Below are positions 40,211 through 49,991 of a DNA stretch of 64,000 nucleotides, piece after piece. The position numbers were made by a program, and so were the translations under genes. The DNA comes from Betaproteobacteria bacterium. GTDB lineage: Bacteria; Pseudomonadota; Gammaproteobacteria; Burkholderiales; JACQAP01. Below the pieces are notes generated by a model that was not told where the DNA came from, made no database searches, and was given only the letters and a program-made list of their open reading frames with translations. Numbering within the stretch: the first letter of the stretch is position 1; each line of letters starts with the position of its first letter. The stretch is from assembly GCA_031362885.1 (NCBI GenBank), contig JANLTJ010000051.1, forward strand, positions 10,629 through 74,628, in the 5' to 3' direction.

Positions 40211-40255
40211 GGCGTCCTAAAAGGGTACTCCACGCTGCGCGAGGGTGTCCGTGGT
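40211..40255. repeat. Partial copy of the MITE-like element found at the ntrB start
   Basis: Matches 59866-59909 at 41 of 45 positions. Confidence 0.8.
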
Positions 40256-40279
40256 GAAAGCGTTTCTGAAATTCTCAAG

Positions 40280-43261
40280 TCATGGAAGCGCCGCAAGCTG
40301 GGCACGGATTTTCTCCAGAGTCGTGCTGAACCCTGACAAACGTTCTTTTTCCTGAGCCACCACCGCTGCCGGAGCGCGTGCCACGAATCCGGCGTTGGCG
40401 AGCTTGCTGCCGGCTTTGGCTATTTCATTCTCGATGCGCATGATTTCTTTCGACAGCCGCTCTCGTTCCGTGGCGAGATCGATCTCGATCTTCAGCATGA
40501 GCCGATAGTCACCGACGATTTGTAACGGAGCGGTTGAGGCATTCCTGCCGGATGCCAGTTCCGCGACGATCTCGACTCCCGATAGTTTGGCCAGCGCTTT
40601 CAGCGCAGGCGCGAATTGCGCCAATCGCGCTGCGTCTCCGGCAACCGCGAGCGGCACGCGTTGCGCGGGCGAGATATTCATTTCTCCGCGCAAAGCCCGG
40701 CAGGCATTTACCAGCGATTTGAGTTCGTTGACCCAGGTTTCGGCGCTCCCATCGATTTTCCCGGGCTGCGACACCGGGTAGGCTTGCAGCATGATCGATG
40801 CTTCGCCTCCGGGATGGCGGCCGGCCAGCGGCGCGACTTTTTGCCAGAGTTCTTCAGTGATAAACGGGATGATCGGATGCGCGAGCCGCAACGCGGCTTC
40901 GAGCACGCGCAGCAGCGTGCGCCGGGTGGCGCACTGCTGCGCCTCGGTGCCGGTCTGCATCTGAACTTTGGCGATTTCCAGATACCAGTCGCAGTATTCG
41001 TCCCAGACAAATTTGTAAATCGCTCCGGCAGCGTTGTCGAAGCGGTACTCGGCGAAGCCCTTTTCCACTTCCGCTTCGGTGCGTTGCAGGAGGCTGACGA
41101 TCCAGCGGTCGGCCTGGGATAGATCAAAGCCTCCCTCATCTTCCGGTCCCTCATCCCCTGCTCCCTCATCCCCTGCCCTTCTGCTCCGCTTCAAGTGTGC
41201 CCTTGTCCCGGAGGGTAGAGCGGTGGGAGTTCCCCTCACCCCACCCCCTCTCCCGGAGGGAGAGGGGCTCTTTCCCCCCTCTCCCTCCAGGAGAGGGGCA
41301 GGGGGTGAGGGAGATTTTGAATCGAGCGAAACCCCGCAGTCCCTGCCCTCGCAGTTCATCAGCACAAAGCGGCTGGCGTTCCACAGTTTGTTGCAGAAGT
41401 TCCGGTAGCCGTCGCAGCGGTTGAGGTCGAAATTGAGCGTGCGCGCGAAGGTCGCCAGCGAGGCGAAGGTAAAGCGCATGGCGTCGGCGCCAAACGCCGG
41501 AATGCCTTGCGGATAATTCTTGCGCAGGGCTTTCTCGATTTTCTGTTTGTGCTCGGCGCGCAGCAACCCGACGGTGGATTTTTCGATCAGAGCTTCCAGC
41601 GCGATACCGTCGATGAGATCGAGCGGATCGATGGTGTTGCCCTTCGACTTCGACATTTTCTGGCCTTCGGCATCGCGCACGATGGCATTGATGTAGACGT
41701 CGCGAAACGGCACCTTGTCCGTGAAGTGCAGGGTCATCATGATCATGCGCGCAACCCAGAAGAAAATGATGTCAAAACCGGTGACCAGCACCGATGAGGG
41801 CAGGAATTTTTCAAGGTCAGGCGTCTTGTCCGGCCAGCCCAGCGAGGTGAAAGGCACCAGCGCGGAGGAGAACCAGGTGTCGAGGACGTCTTCGTCGCGG
41901 CGCAGCGTGCCGCTATATCCTTTGGCTGAGGCGAGTTTCCGGGCCTCTTCTTCGCTGCGACCGACGTAAATAGCGCCGTCCTCGCCGTACCACGCCGGAA
42001 TCTGGTGGCCCCACCACAATTGCCGGGAAATGCACCAGTCCTGAATGTTCTCCAGCCATTGGTTGTAGGTGCTGGTCCAATGCTCCGGATGGAACTTCAC
42101 TTCGCCTCTGGCAACGCAATCCAGTCCGCGTTTCGCAAGGCCCTCCATGTTCACGAACCACTGATCGGTAAGCATGGGTTCGACGATGACCCCGGTGCGC
42201 CCGGAACGCGGCACCTTGAGTTTGTGCGGTTTCTCCGAGACAACCAGTCCCAGTTCCTGCAAGTCGGCCAGCACGCGCTGGCGTGCCTCAAATCGCTCCA
42301 GCCCGCGATAAGGCGCGGGTGCCCTGTCGGCGATTTGGGCATCCAGTGTCAGAATGCTGATCTGCGGCAAGCCGTGGCGTTGGCCGAGCGCGTAGTCGTT
42401 GAAGTCGTGTGCCGGCGTGATTTTCACGCAACCGGTGCCAAAGGCCGGATCGACGTAAGTGTCGGCGATGACCGGAATCGTGCGTGCGCATAAAGGCAGT
42501 TGCACTTGCCTGCCGACATAGGCCCGGTAGCGCTCGTCGTCAGGATGAACCGCCACCGCGACGTCGCCGAGCATGGTTTCCGGGCGTGTGGTGGCAACGA
42601 CCAGACTGCCGTTGCCGTCGGCCAGGGGATAGCGAATCTCCCAGATGCGGCCGTCCTCTTCTTCGCTGTCGACCTCCAGGTCGGAGACGGCGGTGCCCAG
42701 CACCGGGTCCCAGTTAACCAGCCGTTTGCCGCGATAGATCAGTCCTTGCTGATGCAGCCGCACGAAGACTTCGACGACCGCGCGCGACATTTTCGCGTCC
42801 ATCGTGAAATAGCCGCTGTTCTGCTCTTCCGTGTCGGCAAAGTCCCAGTTGGCGGAAGTGCCAAGGCGGCGCATCTGCCGGGTGATGGTCGACCCCGATA
42901 ATTGTTTCCATTGCCAGACGCGATCGACAAATTGCCGGCGTCCCAGATCGTGCCGGGTTTTGCCTTCGCTTTCCAGTTGGCGCTCGACCACGATCTGCGT
43001 GGCGATCCCGGCATGGTCGGTGCCAACCACCCAGTTGGTGGCGAAGCCGCGCATGCGGTGATAACGCACCAGCACATCCATGAGCGTCTGCTGGAACGCG
43101 TGGCCCATGTGCAGGGTGCCAGTGACGTTCGGCGGCGGGAGCTGGATGCAGTACGCCGGATGCTGCCCGGCATCTTCGACTTCGAAATAGCCGCGCGCTT
43201 CCCAGATCGGGTACCAGCGCTGCTCGATATCCTTGGGATCGAAGCTCTTGGCAAGTTCCAT
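40280..43261 (-). CDS. valS: Valine--tRNA ligase with an in-frame repeat insertion
   Basis: [31 protein letters not shown]-terminal coiled coil. Confidence 0.97.
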   Translation of the reverse strand: MELAKSFDPKDIEQRWYPIWEARGYFEVEDAGQHPAYCIQLPPPNVTGTLHMGHAFQQTLMDVLVRYHRMRGFATNWVVGTDHAGIATQIVVERQLESEGKTRHDLGRRQFVDRVWQWKQLSGSTITRQMRRLGTSANWDFADTEEQNSGYFTMDAKMSRAVVEVFVRLHQQGLIYRGKRLVNWDPVLGTAVSDLEVDSEEEDGRIWEIRYPLADGNGSLVVATTRPETMLGDVAVAVHPDDERYRAYVGRQVQLPLCARTIPVIADTYVDPAFGTGCVKITPAHDFNDYALGQRHGLPQISILTLDAQIADRAPAPYRGLERFEARQRVLADLQELGLVVSEKPHKLKVPRSGRTGVIVEPMLTDQWFVNMEGLAKRGLDCVARGEVKFHPEHWTSTYNQWLENIQDWCISRQLWWGHQIPAWYGEDGAIYVGRSEEEARKLASAKGYSGTLRRDEDVLDTWFSSALVPFTSLGWPDKTPDLEKFLPSSVLVTGFDIIFFWVARMIMMTLHFTDKVPFRDVYINAIVRDAEGQKMSKSKGNTIDPLDLIDGIALEALIEKSTVGLLRAEHKQKIEKALRKNYPQGIPAFGADAMRFTFASLATFARTLNFDLNRCDGYRNFCNKLWNASRFVLMNCEGRDCGVSLDSKSPSPPAPLLEGEGGKSPSPSGRGGGVRGTPTALPSGTRAHLKRSRRAGDEGAGDEGPEDEGGFDLSQADRWIVSLLQRTEAEVEKGFAEYRFDNAAGAIYKFVWDEYCDWYLEIAKVQMQTGTEAQQCATRRTLLRVLEAALRLAHPIIPFITEELWQKVAPLAGRHPGGEASIMLQAYPVSQPGKIDGSAETWVNELKSLVNACRALRGEMNISPAQRVPLAVAGDAARLAQFAPALKALAKLSGVEIVAELASGRNASTAPLQIVGDYRLMLKIEIDLATERERLSKEIMRIENEIAKAGSKLANAGFVARAPAAVVAQEKERLSGFSTTLEKIRAQLAALP
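41132..41311. repeat. Palindromic CCCTCACCCC-type repeats and a 15-bp tandem array inside valS
   Basis: CCCTCACCCC...GGGGTGAGGG (41233-41311) with internal CCCTCTCCC/GGGAGAGGG hairpins; three 15-mers TCCCTCATC(N6) at 41132-41176. Confidence 0.85.
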
Positions 43262-43290
43262 AGGTCCGGGATGAAAATTGGGGCGGCGAA

Positions 43291-43749
43291 TTATAGCCGA
43301 GCGTCGTCCGTGGACTGTGGCTGTTCGGCGATGCTGGCAATAACAGCGGCGCTGATCGCGTCAGGCAGTGTCTGATTGAGTTCGGCCACCAGCAGATCGA
43401 GCAGGTGTAGCTGCGTCTCGTCGCCGATCTGCTTGCGCAATCGCGCGTGCTCGGCGTCGAGAGCGGCGGCCATGCGCCGCAGGATCAGGATACTGATCCG
43501 GGTACTCGAAGGAGACAACAGTGACGGGGCGGCGGCAGGGCGCTCGAGGCCGGGGACAATATCCAGGAGGGTGGGAATGCCGTCTTCGTTTGGGCCGTTT
43601 TCCTGGTCCGCGGCGTGCGTGAGCACCGGAATTTCAGCGGCATCGGACGGCTTTGGACGATGCCGGTTCAGCAATTGTTCGATCTTGCCCAGAACTTCGT
43701 CGTGCTGTTCAGCCTCGATGTCTGCTTTGGGCGGAAGATCTTCGGCCAT
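43291..43749 (-). CDS. Hypothetical protein between holC and valS, PopZ-like architecture
   Basis: TGATG coupling to holC; short N-terminal helix, acidic/Pro-rich linker with IPVLT/IPTLL, C-terminal helices. Confidence 0.75.
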   Translation of the reverse strand: MAEDLPPKADIEAEQHDEVLGKIEQLLNRHRPKPSDAAEIPVLTHAADQENGPNEDGIPTLLDIVPGLERPAAAPSLLSPSSTRISILILRRMAAALDAEHARLRKQIGDETQLHLLDLLVAELNQTLPDAISAAVIASIAEQPQSTDDARL

Positions 43750-44177
43750 CAGGACGCCGATGATCCAAGGTTATGCGTGCGGATTTCGTAACCACGGTCG
43801 CGATAGAAGCGAAACCGCGCACGCGCCGCCTCACGATCTTCGTCCTCGATACCGACGATTTCCACCAGGCGCGTGAATCGGCTGAAAAATGCCGGAGGTT
43901 GCGCGCACAGATTGACCAGCACCTGATCGTGAACCAGCGGCTCGGCAACATGATCGACGATGACCGGCGTAACCGGGGCGAGCCGGTCGCTGCTGCGGCA
44001 ATGTGGTACGAACCCGGTGGCAGGCGTGCTCCAGATCAGCTTGCCCAGACGCTGCGTTTGGGCAGCATCCGGTGTCAGCAAAAACACCCGCATGCCGCGT
44101 GCCAACGCCTTGCCGGTCAGCGTGCAGGCGGTGCGCAGCTTGTTGTCCGCCTGGGTATAAAAGAGGACTTCGGTCAC
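43749..44177 (-). CDS. holC: DNA polymerase III chi subunit
   Basis: V.FY, IW....GFVPH, LVNL, FSRF.RLVEIV, ARARFRFYRDRGY; pepA-holC-valS order. Confidence 0.93.
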   Translation of the reverse strand: MTEVLFYTQADNKLRTACTLTGKALARGMRVFLLTPDAAQTQRLGKLIWSTPATGFVPHCRSSDRLAPVTPVIVDHVAEPLVHDQVLVNLCAQPPAFFSRFTRLVEIVGIEDEDREAARARFRFYRDRGYEIRTHNLGSSAS

Positions 44178-45658
44178 CAGCCTGCGCGCGTCATCAGAAA
44201 CTGCGTGAGCAAAGGCACAGGACGCCCGGTGGAACCCTTTTCACGCCCGGATTTCCAGGCGGTGCCGGCGATGTCCAGGTGTGCCCACTTGAATTTTTTG
44301 GCGAAACGCTCAAGAAAGCACGCTGCGGTAATGCTGCCTCCGGGGCGGCCGCCGATGTTGGCGACATCGGCGAAGTTGCTCTTCAGTTGATCCTGGTAGT
44401 CGTCCCAGACCGGCATCGGCCATACCCGGTCCCAGGAAGTATCGCCTGCCGCAACCAGTTCGTCCGAGAGTGCGGCATCGTTGCTGAACAGTCCCGATGC
44501 CACATGCCCCAGCGCGATGACGCAGGCGCCGGTCAAAGTTGCAATGTCGATCACCGCCGCCGGATCAAAGCGCTCCGCATACGTCATGGCATCGCACAGG
44601 ATCAGTCTTCCTTCGGCATCGGTGTTCAGAATCTCGACGGTCTGGCCTGACATGCTGGTCACGATGTCGCCCGGCCGGGTTGCATTGCCGCCGGGCATGT
44701 TTTCGACCGCAGGGATGACGCCAATCACATTGAGCGGCAGCTTCATGGATGCGACGGCACGCAAGGTGCCGAGCACACTGCCGGCGCCGGACATGTCGTA
44801 CTTCATCTCGTCCATTTCCGCGCCGGGTTTCAGCGATATGCCGCCGGTGTCGAAGGTGACGCCTTTGCCGACCAGGACCACCGGCTTTTGCTGTTTCGGT
44901 CCGCCGTAGTACTCAATCGTGATGAGTTTGGGTGGCAGGCGGCTGCCAGCGGATACCGACAGCAGGGAACCCATACCGAGCTTCAGCATGTCCTTGCGCT
45001 CAAGCACGGACACTTTGAGTTTGTGGGTCCTGCCCAGCGCGCGGGCCTGCCCGGCCAGATACTCAGGGGTGCAAATATTCGGCGGGAGATTGCCCAGATC
45101 CCGCGCCAGGTTGATCCCTTCGCCGAGCGCAATTCCGCGCGCCAGTGCGGTGTTGGCGGACTTCGATTCCCGGATCAGTCCAAGGCCAATTTGTTTCAAA
45201 TTCTTCCGCTTGCCCTCGGCCTTGCTCTTGAGTTGATCGAAGCGGTAAGTGCCTTCCAGGCAGGCTGACGCAGCCTGCATCGTCACCCATTCAGCGTCGC
45301 GCTTCGCGACTTTCGTGTCCCCGACGTAGAGCGCTGCTTGCGCGATACCGGCATCCATCAGGGCGCGAATCGCGCCGCGCACCCCATCGCGAAACGCTTT
45401 CGCCGAGGTTGCGTTCTGCTTGCCGAATCCGGCCAGGAGCACCCGTTTGCTCGAAATGCCAGTCAAGTCATAGAGCATCAGGGTTGAACCGGGATTCGCG
45501 TCGAAATCGCCATGCTTGAGAACGCCGGAAATGCCGCCTCTAGAGGCTCGATCCACTGCCAGTGCTGCCGGGGACAGTTTCGCCGCGTTGAATACCGGCA
45601 CCACAACACAATCGGCTTTCAGTTTTTCCGGCGCTGCTACTTTTATGCTAAATTCCAC
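44174..45658 (-). CDS. pepA: Leucyl aminopeptidase
   Basis: VGKGVTFDTGGISLK, MKYDM, NTDAEGRL, ATLTGA. Confidence 0.96.
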   Translation of the reverse strand: MEFSIKVAAPEKLKADCVVVPVFNAAKLSPAALAVDRASRGGISGVLKHGDFDANPGSTLMLYDLTGISSKRVLLAGFGKQNATSAKAFRDGVRGAIRALMDAGIAQAALYVGDTKVAKRDAEWVTMQAASACLEGTYRFDQLKSKAEGKRKNLKQIGLGLIRESKSANTALARGIALGEGINLARDLGNLPPNICTPEYLAGQARALGRTHKLKVSVLERKDMLKLGMGSLLSVSAGSRLPPKLITIEYYGGPKQQKPVVLVGKGVTFDTGGISLKPGAEMDEMKYDMSGAGSVLGTLRAVASMKLPLNVIGVIPAVENMPGGNATRPGDIVTSMSGQTVEILNTDAEGRLILCDAMTYAERFDPAAVIDIATLTGACVIALGHVASGLFSNDAALSDELVAAGDTSWDRVWPMPVWDDYQDQLKSNFADVANIGGRPGGSITAACFLERFAKKFKWAHLDIAGTAWKSGREKGSTGRPVPLLTQFLMTRAGW

Positions 45659-45741
45659 TGCGGACTCCTCAATAAATGCTGTTTTCCATTCAATTACTTA
45701 GGATTATCCCTTCCACGTCGAGCAAAAGTCAAAAGTAGCGC

Positions 45742-46821
45742 ATGATTTTTCAACGCTCCCTGATCAGGGAGTTCACCTCGACCGGAATCGCGACCTTCTT
45801 TGTTCTGCTGGCGATTACCATCACGACCCAGCTCATTCGCTACCTCGGTTATGCCGCTCGCGGCAAGATCTCCTCCGACGCGGTGCTGACCTTTCTCGGA
45901 TTCGCCAGCCTCAATTATCTGCCACACCTGCTGTCCATCACGCTTTTTGTTTCGTTGCTGATGGCGTTGACCCGCAGTTACCGCGATTCCGAAATGTTGG
46001 TGTGGTTTACGTCCGGGCAGGGACTCATTGCCTGGATTCGACCGGTATTGACGTATGCCTTGCCGGTGACGCTCGTCATCGCGACCCTGAGTTTTTTCCT
46101 GTCGCCATGGGCGATTTCCAGGGCCGAGGTGTATCGGCAACAGCTCGAGAGTCAGGAGGACATCGCGGCGATTTCCCCCGGCGTGTTCAAGGAATCGCGC
46201 GACGCTGAACGCATTTTCTTCGTGGAGAAGCTCGCTGCCAATCTGACGACGGTAGCCAATATTTTCGTGCATTCGGTCGAGGACGGCGAAGTCGGGACCA
46301 CGGTCGCCAAGCGCGGTTATCAGGAGACGGCGCCCAATGGCGACCGCTTTCTGGTCATGCTCAATGGCCGGCGCTATGTCGGTCCGCCCGGGTCTGCCGA
46401 ATACCGGGTAATCGAGTTCGAGAAGTATTCGGTGCGCATTGATGAAGGTAAAGTGACCACGGCGCCGCTCCCGGTAAAGGCGATGCCGACGCTGGCCCTG
46501 ATTGCCGACAAGTCACCCGCCGCGCGTGCCGAACTGGTCTGGCGCGCGGGTCTGCCGCTGAGTGCGCTGGTCATCAGTTTGCTCGCCATCCCGATGAGTT
46601 TCGTCAATCCGCGCGCCGGACGTTCGCTCAATCTCATGCTCGCGGCGCTGTTGTACACCGTCTATACCAACCTGTTGTCGATCTTTCAGGCCTGGGTGGC
46701 GCAACAGAAGATCGGCGTTCACGTGGGCATGTGGTCCGCGCACGCGGCGATGCTGGTGGTGGTCGCAGTGCTCTTCTATTTCCGTCTCTCGGTACGCCGA
46801 ATTCCCAGGTTGCGGCGATGA
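45742..46821 (+). CDS. lptF: LPS export permease LptF
   Basis: RSYRDSEM..W.SG, PGVF, LAIPMS.VNPR.GR; divergent from pepA. Confidence 0.93.
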   Translation: MIFQRSLIREFTSTGIATFFVLLAITITTQLIRYLGYAARGKISSDAVLTFLGFASLNYLPHLLSITLFVSLLMALTRSYRDSEMLVWFTSGQGLIAWIRPVLTYALPVTLVIATLSFFLSPWAISRAEVYRQQLESQEDIAAISPGVFKESRDAERIFFVEKLAANLTTVANIFVHSVEDGEVGTTVAKRGYQETAPNGDRFLVMLNGRRYVGPPGSAEYRVIEFEKYSVRIDEGKVTTAPLPVKAMPTLALIADKSPAARAELVWRAGLPLSALVISLLAIPMSFVNPRAGRSLNLMLAALLYTVYTNLLSIFQAWVAQQKIGVHVGMWSAHAAMLVVVAVLFYFRLSVRRIPRLRR

Positions 46822-47894
46822 GGACCATCCGCCGCTATGTCGCCCGGCAAATCTTCTGGAGTACCGCGCTGGTATTCGCCGCATTGCTGATGCTGTTCGC
46901 ATTTTTCGATCTTATCGCCGAGATCGGCGATATCGGCCGCGGCAGCTATCGGCTCGCGCTCGCCGTGCGCTATGTGCTGCTCAGTCTGCCCGGCAGGGCT
47001 TACGAGATTCTGCCTATAGCCGCGCTGATTGGCACCTTGTTCGCGCTGGCGCAAATGGTCTCGCACTCCGAATACACGGTCATGCGGGTATCCGGCGTTT
47101 CCATCAATAGCATGGCGCTTGCCCTGGTACAAATCGGCCTGGCACTTTCGGTGCTGACTTTCCTGCTTGGAGAGTTCATCGCGCCCGCCAGCGAACAGGC
47201 GGCGCAGAAGCTTCGGCTCAAGGCGACATCGAGCACGGTCGTAGCGCAGGCTTTTCGCTCCGGAATTTGGGTCAAGGACGATACCAACTTCGTCAACGTG
47301 GAACGGATCATGCCGGAGACCATGATCCATGGCGTTAAAATCTACGAATTCGATGCCGACTACCGGCTGCGCGCCATCAGCCTCGCGAAATCAGGCGAGT
47401 ATCAGAGAGAGAATCTGTGGCGGCTCAAGGATGTAACCCAGACGCGCTTTGAGGAGGAACGCACGACCGTAAGCCGTATTCCGGAAGCTTACTGGCGTTC
47501 GGTGCTCAATCCGTCGATTCTTAATGTCCTGATGGTCGTGCCGGAGCAGATGTCCCTGCTCGAACTGATTTCGTACATCGAACATCTGAACGAAAATCGC
47601 CAGGAAACGTCTCGTTACGAGATCGTGCTCTGGCAGAAACTGGTTTATCCGTTCGCGGTGCTGGTCATGATGGTGCTGGCCCTGCCATTCGCCTACTTCC
47701 ATGCGCGCGAGGGCGGGGCCAGCGCGAAGATCTTCACCGGCATCATGCTGGGATTGGGATTTCACCTCGCCAACCGGCTGTTTGGCCACCTTGGGTTGCT
47801 CAACGCATGGCCCCCGCTGTTTAGCGCGATTTTCCCCACGTTCGCGTTTCTGGTCGCCGCGCTGACGATGATGTGGAAGGTGGAAAGGCGTTGA
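46818..47894 (+). CDS. lptG: LPS export permease LptG
   Basis: SEYTVMRVSGVS, GEFIAP, WVKD, W.KLVYP; follows lptF. Confidence 0.93.
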   Translation: MRTIRRYVARQIFWSTALVFAALLMLFAFFDLIAEIGDIGRGSYRLALAVRYVLLSLPGRAYEILPIAALIGTLFALAQMVSHSEYTVMRVSGVSINSMALALVQIGLALSVLTFLLGEFIAPASEQAAQKLRLKATSSTVVAQAFRSGIWVKDDTNFVNVERIMPETMIHGVKIYEFDADYRLRAISLAKSGEYQRENLWRLKDVTQTRFEEERTTVSRIPEAYWRSVLNPSILNVLMVVPEQMSLLELISYIEHLNENRQETSRYEIVLWQKLVYPFAVLVMMVLALPFAYFHAREGGASAKIFTGIMLGLGFHLANRLFGHLGLLNAWPPLFSAIFPTFAFLVAALTMMWKVERR

Positions 47895-47973
47895 TTCGGA
47901 GGACAGAGGACAGAAGCGGCTACGCCGTTCTTGGTCAATCTGTCCTCTGTCTTCTGCTCTCTGTCTTCTGAAT
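47894..47973. repeat. Inverted heptamer tandem repeats between convergent lptG and RDD genes
   Basis: AGGACAG x2 ... CTGTCCT CTGTCTT CTGCTCT CTGTCTT. Confidence 0.7.
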
Positions 47974-48423
47974 CCTTGTCCCGGCCAGCCGGTCGTGGAG
48001 GAACAGCCGTTCCCGGTCAATCAGAGCCCATATCAGACTCGCGCCCGAGAGCATTCCCGGTATGGCCAGCAGATAGCGCCTGCATGCCAGGCCGACGGAT
48101 GGAGTCCGCCCTTCGGTGTTGACGATGCGCAAACGCCAGGTTTTCATTGCCAAGGTCTGACCCGTGCGCACCCAGCAGAAAACAAAATAGGCGCCGCAGA
48201 TCGTCAGCAGATAGATCTGGAACACCGTACGCGGCCAGCCGGCCTGAGCGTCGCGGGCGACACTAAGAAAGAGGTAGGAGGAAACAAACAGCACGGCGAC
48301 CAGCAGCATTGCTTCATAGGCCAGACTCGCCAGCCGTACCCGCAGGCTCGCCAGTTCCAGCGCAGCGGGTATCTGGACCGGCGCCGGCGCGCGGCCGGAT
48401 TGCTCACGTAATCGCGTTTGCAC
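47935..48423 (-). CDS. RDD-family membrane protein
   Basis: RLASLAYE, GQTLAMKTWRLR, LHDRLAGTR. Confidence 0.88.
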   Translation of the reverse strand: MQTRLREQSGRAPAPVQIPAALELASLRVRLASLAYEAMLLVAVLFVSSYLFLSVARDAQAGWPRTVFQIYLLTICGAYFVFCWVRTGQTLAMKTWRLRIVNTEGRTPSVGLACRRYLLAIPGMLSGASLIWALIDRERLFLHDRLAGTRIQKTESRRQRTD

Positions 48424-48426
48424 CAG

Positions 48427-48885
48427 CTACCCGGCGGGCTTGCCTTTGGCGTTGCGTTCTTCGCGCAGCTTCTGCCTCTGTTCTTCGGGAAGCTCCCGGT
48501 ATTCGTGCCAGCGCTGACGCAATTCATCCCGCTTCTCGGGGGACAACGGTTTCAGGTGCCGGTAGCGTTCGCGGGCGTGTGCGCGCTGTTCAGGGGTGAG
48601 CGCCACCCATTCGTGCATGCGTTGCTGAATTCGCTCCTGTCGTTCAGGGGGGAGGCTTGGATAGCGTTTCGCAATGCTGATCCAGCGTTGGCGTGGTTCC
48701 GCATCCAGTTTGTCCCAGTCCGGTTGCAGCGGTGCCAGTATGGCCTGCTGTTCTGCGGACAGCGCTGACCAAAAGGGGCCTTGAGCCTCGGCGTGCGCCA
48801 GGCGCGTGGCAAAGAGCAAGCCCGCAATCAGCAAGATCGCTGGTACTACTGCTTCGACGGCTCGTAGTTGGATTGTTTTAGCCAA
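48427..48885 (-). CDS. DUF3106-like periplasmic helical-repeat protein
   Basis: Signal peptide; W..LS.EQQ..LAPL..DW and repeated L(S/T)PE(Q/K)R units. Confidence 0.82.
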   Translation of the reverse strand: MAKTIQLRAVEAVVPAILLIAGLLFATRLAHAEAQGPFWSALSAEQQAILAPLQPDWDKLDAEPRQRWISIAKRYPSLPPERQERIQQRMHEWVALTPEQRAHARERYRHLKPLSPEKRDELRQRWHEYRELPEEQRQKLREERNAKGKPAG

Positions 48886-49226
48886 GTTTCGAATCCGGGG
48901 TCGGTATAGGCGTGGATAGGCAGTTCGCCGGCGAGCAGGCCAGCATCCAATTCCTCTTCAGGATGGCCCGACACTTGCCAGACAATGAGCCCGGTGAGAC
49001 TGGCGATCACGATCACGGCTGGCACCAGCAGTCGGGCACTCAGACCAAAGCCGAGCCATCTGCCAGCCGCGAACCCCCTGGATCCGGACATTGGCCCGCC
49101 GGTATCGCAAGCGGCCAGCGCCGAGATCCGGGCAGCCTGAATCTTCTGTACGGTCGACGCCGGCAGATTGGTCAGATCCTGATCAAGTCGCGCGACCACC
49201 CGTACGGCAAATTCGCTTTCGTTCAC
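48846..49226 (-). CDS. DUF3619-like membrane protein (putative anti-sigma)
   Basis: L...L..AR..AL, one TM segment, D..LL.GELP..AY.D.GF..WL. Confidence 0.8.
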   Translation of the reverse strand: MNESEFAVRVVARLDQDLTNLPASTVQKIQAARISALAACDTGGPMSGSRGFAAGRWLGFGLSARLLVPAVIVIASLTGLIVWQVSGHPEEELDAGLLAGELPIHAYTDPGFETWLKQSNYEPSKQ

Positions 49227-49792
49227 AATTCGATGCCCTTGTCTTTAAGGAACGCGGCCAAGGCGTGGGTCGCGCGCGAGCAATGGGTTTTTACGCTGCC
49301 TTCCGAACAACCCATCGCCGTCGCGGTCTCCGCGACGTCTAATTCCTCCCAGTAACGCAACAGAAACGCCTCGCGTTGACGCGCGGGCAGGCGCTCGATT
49401 CCCCGTCCTATGGCGTCTGCAATCTGAGAGCGTTCCAAGCGGTCGGCCGGACTGTCGTCCTTGCCGCCCAGCCCCTCGGTTTGCATGGACTCCAGGGGAT
49501 CGTAGTCCTCGTCGTGATTGTCCCGCGGTTGCAGGGAAGAGAACAAGGTTGTCCACAGCGAGCGGACCTTCTGGCGGCGGTAAAAATCGCGAATCGTATT
49601 TTGCAGAATGCGCTGGAACAGCAGCGGCAATTCGGCGGACGGCTTTCCCGCATACTTGTCGGTCAGCTTCAGCATGGCATCCTGCACGATGTCGACCGCC
49701 ACATGCTGGTCGCGCACCGCAAACACCGCCTGCTTGAATGCACGCCGCTCGACTTCAGCAAGGAAGGCGGTCAATTCTTGTCGGGTAGCCAG
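49223..49792 (-). CDS. ECF RNA polymerase sigma factor (probable CTG start)
   Basis: DIVQDAM, F.RILQN.IRD..RR, LP.RQREAFLLR, ETA..MGCSEGSVKTH; CTG at 49792 preceded by GAGG. Confidence 0.9.
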   Translation of the reverse strand: MATRQELTAFLAEVERRAFKQAVFAVRDQHVAVDIVQDAMLKLTDKYAGKPSAELPLLFQRILQNTIRDFYRRQKVRSLWTTLFSSLQPRDNHDEDYDPLESMQTEGLGGKDDSPADRLERSQIADAIGRGIERLPARQREAFLLRYWEELDVAETATAMGCSEGSVKTHCSRATHALAAFLKDKGIEL

Positions 49793-49886
49793 AAGATTTC
49801 CTCAAACTTCAACCAATCACACGCCGGTGGCTTCGGAGAAGCCAGCCACGCATTGCGTGCGCCGCGCGAACACGTCGCCCAAAAGA

Positions 49887-49916
49887 ATTATACGGGTCTG
49901 CGCGCAAGGCTGTCCG
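49887..49916 (-). promoter_or_regulatory. Sigma70-like promoter for the ECF operon
   Basis: CGGACA-18 bp-TATAAT on the minus strand. Confidence 0.45.
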
Positions 49917-49991
49917 GTGAGTTTGCCGGCGCAGCTCGCGGCAGGTTTGTGGCGAGGGCCTCGTCAAAGGTAAAATACGTCCGGCGCATCC

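Noticed and set aside
39570-40270. Possible CRISPR array or IS element around the TA pair
   Set aside because: No repeat-spacer periodicity and no cas or transposase gene; the TCTGAA direct repeat at 40201/40265 is too short to trust as a target duplication.
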